Below are positions 56,275-64,000 of a stretch of 64,000 bases of DNA, one piece after another. How positions within the stretch are numbered: position 1 is the stretch's first letter; the number at the start of each line of letters is the position of its first letter. Made by a program: the position numbers and the translations under genes. Where the stretch lies: the NCBI GenBank assembly GCA_964016885.1, contig OZ024740.1, positions 135,904,001 through 135,968,000 of the forward strand, given 5' to 3'. Below the pieces are notes generated by a model. The model did not search any database. It saw nothing but the letters and a program-made list of their open reading frames with translations, and had not been told where the DNA came from. Origin of the DNA: Eledone cirrhosa (taxonomy: Eukaryota).

Positions 56275-59200
56275 AATTATTGTGTACAGTGCTCAGGTGC
56301 ACTACAACTCATCAAAGGTGCATGTATAGTACATAGAATAATGTACAAATGTCAGGAAAATAAACAGTGTATGAGTCATGATATAATAACAATAACAATA
56401 ATGAAATATTGTGCACAGTGCCCAGGTGCACCACAACCCATCAAAAAAGTGCATGTACAGTACATAGGGCAATGCACAAACATCAGTAAAATGAACAGTG
56501 CACACATGTGTGCATGTGTATGGAAGGGGCACATCAGGTGTAGTTTTGGCGTATTTCGGGAAGCATGAGTGTCTTAAAGGATGCAGTGTCTCGGCAGCTA
56601 ACAATTGACGCAGGCAGTTTGTTCCATGTTTCAGCAACTCTGAGCGTGAAAAAATGTCTGCGAAAGTCATGGGAGCTGTGCTGTTTTCTTATCTTGTAGG
56701 CATGTCCACGTGTGTTAGACACATGGAGATCAAAGAGGCGCTCAGGGTTGCAGTTGGCGAGATGGTTAAAAACTTTGTGGGTATTCACCAAGTCCATTGC
56801 CAGACGTCGGAGCTTCAATGAATCCATGCCCAGGGAAGCAAGGCGTTCAGAGTATGGTAGGTGTCTGATGGAGGGTATGCGCTTGGTTGCACGTCTCTGA
56901 ACAGTTTCCAGGAGGTCAATGTTCCGAGCAAGATAGGGGTTCCAGACTGATGATGCGAATTCCAAGTGTGGTCGCACCATAGCTGTATACAGTTTTAAAT
57001 AGATGGCTGGAGAGCGGCTAACAAAGGTCTTGCTGAGTGATGCCAAGACACCCTCGGCCTTCTTGACAATCTTAGAGACATGCTTTGTCCAACGCAAATC
57101 GTTGCTGACAGTAATGCCCAGGTCACGTTCACAAGAGGACTTTTTGATGTCAGTGTTGTGGAGGGAGTATGTGGACGCTGGATTTTTCCTTCCAAAATGC
57201 ATGGTGGTACACTTGTCCACAGCCAGCTTCAGTTGCCAGTCTGTGATCCATTGCTGCATTGTGTCCAGGTCTGATTGTAGGAAAGAGTTGTAAATTTCAG
57301 GATCAGTCCTTTTGATTTCAAGGTACAGCTTGATGTCATCTGCATATTTTAGTACCGTGGCATTCTGTAAGTTGGCATCTATGTCATTAATATATGCCAC
57401 AAACAAAAGAGGACCAAGAACAGATCCCTGTGGTACACCAGATGACATCTCATATGGTGAAGAATGCTGTCCTAGAACCGTGACTACTTCCTTTCGGCTG
57501 AGAATGAAGGATTTCAGCCAGTCGAAAAGATCATCCCTCACACCCATTGCAGAGAGTTTTGCCATAAGTCTTTTGTGTGGCACAGAATTAAAAGCCTTAG
57601 CAAAGTCAAGGTAAACAACATCCACCCATGAGCCGCTGTCAGTGATCCGGGTGATGTCCTCAAGGAACTCGATAAGCTGATCACAGCAGCTGGAGTTAGG
57701 GATAAATCCAAACTGTGAGGGCCGGATGAGGCTGTGAGAGCTCCAGAAGTTCCAAAGTGTTTCTCTGACACAGGATTCCATCAGTTTGGCCATACAGCTA
57801 GTAAGACTGACTGGACGATAGTTGACAGGTGACATGCGGTTGCCCTTTTTGAACAGGGGAATGACACTGGCAGTTTTCCACTGCTCCGGAGTAGCACCAT
57901 TGCTGAGACAGTATTGAAAGAAAAAAGAAAGCTGGCGCAAAAGGAAATCCCCGCCACGTTTGAGAAGCAGGTATGTCACACCATCAAGACCAGGGGAGGC
58001 ATAGTTGCGCTTATTCTTAAGGTGACGTCGCAACATTGCAGGTGTAAATTCCATAGTTGTTATGGAATTTGATGTTAGAGATGGTGGAGATGGTACATTC
58101 TGGTTTTCAACAGTAAAAATACTTGCATAGCACTCAGCAATGAGTTCTGTGCATTCCTTGGGATCGTCAGTGATCTGGCTTGTGTGGGGATTGCGAAGAG
58201 GACCAACTGGAGAGTGAGGTCTCTGCTTTGAATGAACATATTTCCAGAACACCTTACTGTCAGGATTGGTTGCGATGCACTGTTCAAATTCAAGCACTGC
58301 CTTCTTTGTCACTTGCTTGAGATGGTTAGAAGATTTATTCCGCTTTTTTTCTGTTGGCATCTGATCTATGCAGTTTATATTCCCGTTCAGCGTTCCGACG
58401 TTCTTTCCTGGCAAGTCGGACTGCTGAAGTTTCCCAGATTGCACTTTTGGGGTGGTTATTTTTCCGCTTCCGTGGCACTGATGCTGCACACGCTATCCAT
58501 ATTGAGTCCAGGATGCTCTGGAGTATAGAGTTCACATCTCCAGAGTTATACATCTCATGCCAGTTTGGGCGCTGTAGCTCAGTGCAGTACAAGTTCCAAT
58601 CCGCCCTCTTCCAATCAAAGCAAGCAGATTGGAGATGGCTCTGGTTTTTGTTGCTGCCCTCAAGTGCCAGATTGGCAATGATCATAGCATGATCAGAGTC
58701 GCCTAGAGGTTCCTCAGTAGTACAACTGATAACCACTTCAGGAGTAGTGGTGAAGATCAGGTCCAAAGTGTTGTCACCTCTTGTTGGAGAGGTGACTACT
58801 TGTGACCAGTTTGAGTCCAGCACTAGTTCAAGGAAATCGTTTGCACCCTGTGGCCAACGAAAGGTTTCCCAATCGATCTCAGGATGATTGAAGTCACCTG
58901 CAATAAACACATAAGTGGCTGTTTTCTTGGCAGCAACTCTGAGGATATCGCAAAGCTGTGTGTCCTGATGGTAGTTTGGGGGGCGATAAACAACACCAAG
59001 CAGAAGTGTTGACATGGTCATACGTATGTCACAGAAAAAAACTTCTTCCTGTGATTCGTTCAAATCAACGCAAGGAATTACCGAAAAGTTTGAACGAACG
59101 TAGACCATCACACCACCACCACGTCGGTTAATGCGGTCCTTGCGGAAAAGGTTGTACCCAGTAATGGTGAAAACCCCATCACAGAGTAAGGAATGTGCCC

Positions 59201-59803
59201 ATGTTTCCGTGACTGTGATGAAGTCAGGGTCGATGCTTCTGACGTAGGATTCGAACAGATGTATCTTGTTGCATAAACTGCGAGCATTTAAGGACAACAA
59301 TTTGTACCCTGCTCGCAGTTTATGATGGTGTGTAGAGGGTGGCAGGTTGTTCTGGTTTAGTTTCCCAGAGTTGTAGCAGTTTTTACATTGCCAGTTATTG
59401 TGGGTAGATCACACTCAGACCAGCTGGTATCTCTCTTCCACGTTTCACCAGCCTTGACAAACCTCCAGATCTGCCCATCATCACGCAGACTGAAACTTTC
59501 ATCTTGTGCTGAGTTCCGATTCAAGGAAGCTGCAGCACGTAGTTTTGGACGTACATGGGGTGGTAGGCCTGGGCGTGTTCGGAAGGTAATCCGATTTTCA
59601 CGCCCAGCTTTAGCAGAGGCCAGATGATATGAGGTTGCCTCTGCGGGGTCCGAGAAAGACAGCCTGATGAGTCTGGGTTTTGGACCAGGTCGACCAAGGC
59701 GGAGGGCACCCTTTGGGGGAACACAGCCTAGGTCTTTGGCCGAGCTGGCAGCAAATGCCTGAAGATCGGCCTTGTCCTCTGGTACCCCAATGGCAATCAC
59801 TTC
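56272..59803 (-). mobile_element. CR1/L2-group LINE: ORF1 C-terminal part plus ORF2 (APE-RT)
   Basis: ORF1 RLG..PRLIRL; APE NARSL, TETW, YRPP, GDFN, SDH; RT GVPQGSVLGP, YADD; (ATT)n tail; duplicated 3' UTR segment. Confidence 0.93.
56534..59300 (-). pseudogene. ORF2 endonuclease-reverse transcriptase with one frameshift near 58345
   Basis: One extra A in an A-run relative to the copy at about 15512. Confidence 0.88.
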
Positions 59804-59807
59804 ATGT

Positions 59808-60210
59808 ATTAGAAATTATAAGCTTTCACCGTATTTTAGACTAAAGAAATTTCTAGCCTGATAGTGGGGTTTATAACCCTAGGAGAAATGGAAAAAGATG
59901 AGTGTTGCCGTACATGGGAGTCGAACCCACATCTTTGGTTATCCAGACCACTGTGCTACCAATACACATCCCGTCTCCTTCCATTCGAATTAGAAGCTAT
60001 GAACTTAGCAAGTGAATGATAAACAAGCAAATTATAAACGTAAACATCTTTTTCCATTTCTCCGAGGGTTATAAACCCCACTATCAGGCTAGAAATTTCT
60101 TTAGTCTAAAATACGGTGAAAGCTTATAATTTCTAATTTCTAATTTCAAACTCGCGCACCGTTTCAAAAAACATACTTACATGTTTACGTTTATAATTTG
60201 CTTGTTTATA
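59808..60210. mobile_element. Fold-back element (family F) containing a tRNA-like segment
   Basis: Arms 59808-59900 and 60046-60137; minus-strand tRNA-like 59908-59975 with GGTTCGACTCC. Confidence 0.75.
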
Positions 60211-60220
60211 TGTATATATT

Positions 60221-60253
<33 letters not shown>

Positions 60254-60259
60254 TATGTA

Positions 60260-60303
<44 letters not shown>

Positions 60304-60341
60304 TATATATATATATATATACATACGCACACATACATACA

Positions 60342-60649
60342 TAGGGTAAAGACCCCCTTCGATCACGAATGACCATGGAATTTGCACCTAGAAAGTTTCC
60401 TTCCGAGGGACAAAGTTGTTTGTGGAAGACCAGCAATCACCCATGTATACCAGCCTCCCCTCTCCACGCCACCGATGTTGTCCAAGGGAAAGGCTATGGC
60501 CGATACATCTTGATATCTGTGACGTCGCAACTCATTTCTACAGCTGAGTAAACTGGAGCAACGTGAAATAAAGTGTCTTGCTCAAGGACACAACGCATCA
60601 ACCTTCCGATTGCAAGCCCAATGCTCTAACCACTAAGCCACGCGCCTTC
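60342..60649 (-). mobile_element. tRNA-derived SINE (family B head, different body)
   Basis: gaaggcgcgtggcttagtggttagagc ... ccttgagcaagacactttatttcacg. Confidence 0.8.
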
Positions 60650-60725
60650 ATACATACGTACATACATACATACATACATACATACATACATACATACATA
60701 CATACATACATACATACAAACATAC

Positions 60726-62070
60726 GAGAATGTCAGATATGATGGACCCATAAATAAGGAGAGAACCAGAACTGAATACCTCAGAAGAGTAAAGAAAATA
60801 AGGTCATCAGAACTGTCAGCGTACAACAAATACATTGCCCACAATACTTATGCTGTGCCAATTCTAACGCCAACATTTGGCCTACTGAACTGGTCATTGC
60901 AAGAACTAAGTGAGATGGATGTTAGAACTCGCAACTTCTCAGTGTTACTGGGAACTTTAACATCAATGGTGATGTGGATAGGCTATACTTCTCACGCAAG
61001 GAAGGTGGCCGGGGTCTAAAATCCATATTAACATCATATGAGACCCGGATAGTAACACTGAAGCAACATCTTCAACAGAGGAAAAAGGTTGGCAACCATC
61101 TTGCCTAGGTTTATGAGCATGAAAAAAGAAATATCATTAGAATAGCCACTGATCTGGAGGAGAGATATGGAATAAAGCCTGATATAAATCTCTCACCCAG
61201 AGAAATCGGAAGATCCTATTCAATGTTCAAACAAGATAAAAAAATTGACCAATTTACAGAAAAAGTTGTGCATGGATACTTGAGACGTAAAACACAGACG
61301 ATAGAGGGGATAAACCACAGAAAAAGTTTATGACATCACACCTTGAGGGATATCTCTATGCAATACAGGAACAAGAACTCCCTACCAAATATCTGCTGCA
61401 CAAAAGGGGAGGGCCATCAGCTGACAATAAATGTAGGCTATGTAAAACAAAGATCGAGGATGTAAGCCACATTGTTGCCAGCTGCGAAATAATATCATCT
61501 CGCTACTGCCTCCCCATGAGACACGATGGGATAGCTAGAACCATCTGGAACGCACTTCGGAAAACAAAATTAACAACAAACGAGGAAGAATATATTGAGA
61601 CAGATGGCACTAAGGAATACTGGTGGAACCTGAAAATAAAAACTGCCACCAAATTAAAGCACAACCGGCCTGATATTGTTGTTTGGGACCACACATTGAA
61701 AACGTGTTCTGTTGTGGAGATCAGCTGCTCACTTGATGTAAACGTTGTCAGAAAAATACAGGAGAAGGAGGACATCTACGGACCATTGATGAGGAGTTTA
61801 CAAATCCAGTATCCAAGATACACCTTTAGCTTCATACTCATCATTATTGGAGCTACGCGTTATATACCAACCCGTTTGGACCAAAGTATGACTGAACTTG
61901 GATTTGCGGACAAAGAGCGCAGCTCCCTAATTCATAGTCTACAAATGGCTGCGATAGCTGGCACCTTCAAAATTTGCAAAACATTCTTGCGATTCAAGGG
62001 ATGACAATTTCTTTTCTTTTACAACCTTGCCACCAGGAAGGTGGCCGGTCAAAAAAATATACTCGAAATT
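60726..62070 (+). mobile_element. Second Dong/R4-like family, degraded 3' half
   Basis: EYLRRVKKI..SEL, RKEGGRGL, EGYLYAIQEQ, CRLC..H...C, HNRPDIV. Confidence 0.85.
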
Positions 62071-62289
62071 AAGAGAAAGAGATAATACATACATACATGA
62101 TGGTTGCATCTTGCTTTCGAGAATTGTCATAAATATATTCTTTTCTCACACACATGTAGCACGAATATGACTTTTTAACCCTGCCGCATTGAAAGAAAAA
62201 AAGGATTTTTGGCTGTGGCCAGTCATGCTCATGGAACATAGTGAAAGGTCTTTAGTTCAAGTGATACATACATACATACTTATATACAA

Positions 62290-62640
62290 GATGGCTGTCC
62301 CCTCGTTATCGAGTATGACCATTGCACGATATAACATTATTAATAATTATCAATTAATGCTATCATGCAATGCCTGTGTGTGAAGATCTTTTTTTAAAGT
62401 GAGGAAAGACTGTGCACTGAGCCAATCCCACTCTCTGAGCGACAGTAGCTATAACCCGAAAAGAAGAAAAGATCAACATCATCGGTAACTACTGAGCCGC
62501 AGGTTTTATGTCGGAGTTGTCCCAGTCTCCTGAGTTGCCTTCTCCTAGAAGAATGCCCTGACAAAGGTTAGGGGTCCTTCACTCCAAGTGGTTTAACCAG
62601 GCCGATTATTTCTATGTTCCCGCGCATATAAATACACATG

Positions 62641-62734
<94 letters not shown>

Positions 62735-62940
62735 CATACATGTATATACATATTTACACACTTTTAGATGGCCATTGACTCGTATGAGTTCTTCCGCCCT
62801 TTGTCAGGTTTTGTCTTTTGTCCTGCAGGGTGTCCAAAATCACCCTCCTCACCAAGTAAACTTGGTGGGGGTTGCTGGTTTAGTCGCCGACGACCCGACC
62901 ATGCGATAGGTTGTACTGGGTTTCATGTTACCAGTAGCAC
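62290..62940 (-). mobile_element. Family G copy interrupted by (TA)n
   Basis: Matches 27356-27950 and 28165-28430. Confidence 0.75.
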
Positions 62941-63754
62941 TCAAGAGTGACCCGACATACATACATACATACATACATACATACTTCCAGTCAGATCTCC
63001 TCATCACAGCGTACGCTCTCCTTCTCACACACGCACACACACAAAATCATATGCTTTCAACTTAGGTGTATTGCTATGTTCGTTTATATCCTCCACATTC
63101 TTCCTCCAATACATTAACCATCTACTCACTCTCGCCTACCTCCAACAACAGCCACTTCTATGCACGTAATAAAACCGCTATCCATATATAACATAGAAAC
63201 CCCAGAAAAAGCCTAGCATGCCACATTGAACAGCAACTTTGAAAACATTCTCCAGTGAAATCATATTAACCATAGCTCCTTCAACAGCACTAAGGCAACA
63301 GTCACTAGACATATCCAGTCCTAGACAAACTGCAACTAAAGTCATCAATATGACTATGAATGCTAAGTTTTGACAATCATTAACGATCATCTCTGGTCAT
63401 CTCTGATGATCTCTGATGATCTCTTCTGGTATAATATTCATAACAGCGGAAACTACTTCTTTCCACTTTAGGACTAGAAACTTCTTCAGCTTTCTATTGT
63501 TGCTAACCTTCTACAAAGTTTAAGTGAGACCAATAATGGGGTCATTCTCCTATACATGGAATGGTGTTATAGCATACAAGCTTCCTAGACTGTACCCCAC
63601 CCCGCCAAAATGTTATCTGATTGATTGGTATGGAATCACTCAACAATGGACTGTAACCTCTCTCTCTCTGTCTCTCTCTCTCTCTCTATTCATCTCCCCG
63701 ATCTCTATATATCTATAGATCTTACCTCATCTCTCACTCTCTATCGCATCCCCT

Positions 63755-63875
63755 CATCTTCACTCTCTTTGTTTCCCGCTCTCTCACCCTCACACTCTCT
63801 GTTTCCCTCTCTCTCACCTTCACTCTCTTTGTTTCCCTCTCTCTCACCCTCACTCTCTCTGTTTCCCCCTCTCTC
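63755..63875. repeat. 30-bp CT-rich minisatellite
   Basis: tcactctctktgtttccctctctctcaccy repeated about 4 times. Confidence 0.8.
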
Positions 63876-64000
63876 CTTGCATTTTTACCGTTCCTAGAAT
63901 CGTCTATCACAGACTTGACTGGTCTTGTGCCACTACAATTCAGACACATACCTCGATCCACTTGCCTCATCAACTCTCATCAGCTATATTGTATTGACCC

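Noticed and set aside
59908-59975. Functional tRNA gene
   Set aside because: The acceptor stem does not pair and the segment is embedded in a repeat, so it is treated as tRNA-derived.

Overview
AT-rich, microsatellite-laden eukaryotic DNA. The SINE and LINE repertoire suggests a cephalopod, probably Octopus-like (inference). Almost all ORF-track hits over (TA)n, (CA)n, (GA)n and (TATG)n tracts are artefacts. The real content is mostly transposon-derived: RTE, CR1/L2-group, L1/Tx1, Dong/R4, CRE-like and Penelope (GIY-YIG) retroelements, tRNA-derived SINEs, Helitrons and degraded DNA transposases. There are also a few candidate host exons. The most striking pattern is about a dozen short fold-back insertions, mostly lodged in (TA)n, that tend to share one architecture: inverted arm, spacer, arm, short unpaired tail. 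Several carry minimal type I hammerhead ribozyme cores and can be tied to Penelope-like elements, and one family has a tRNA-derived head. Other notable items are two RTE insertions with twin-priming inversion geometry, a candidate -1 frameshift site between ORF1 and ORF2 of a CR1-group LINE, a bipartite non-autonomous RTE family and a head-to-tail Helitron array. All calls were made by eye and coordinates of degraded repeats are approximate.
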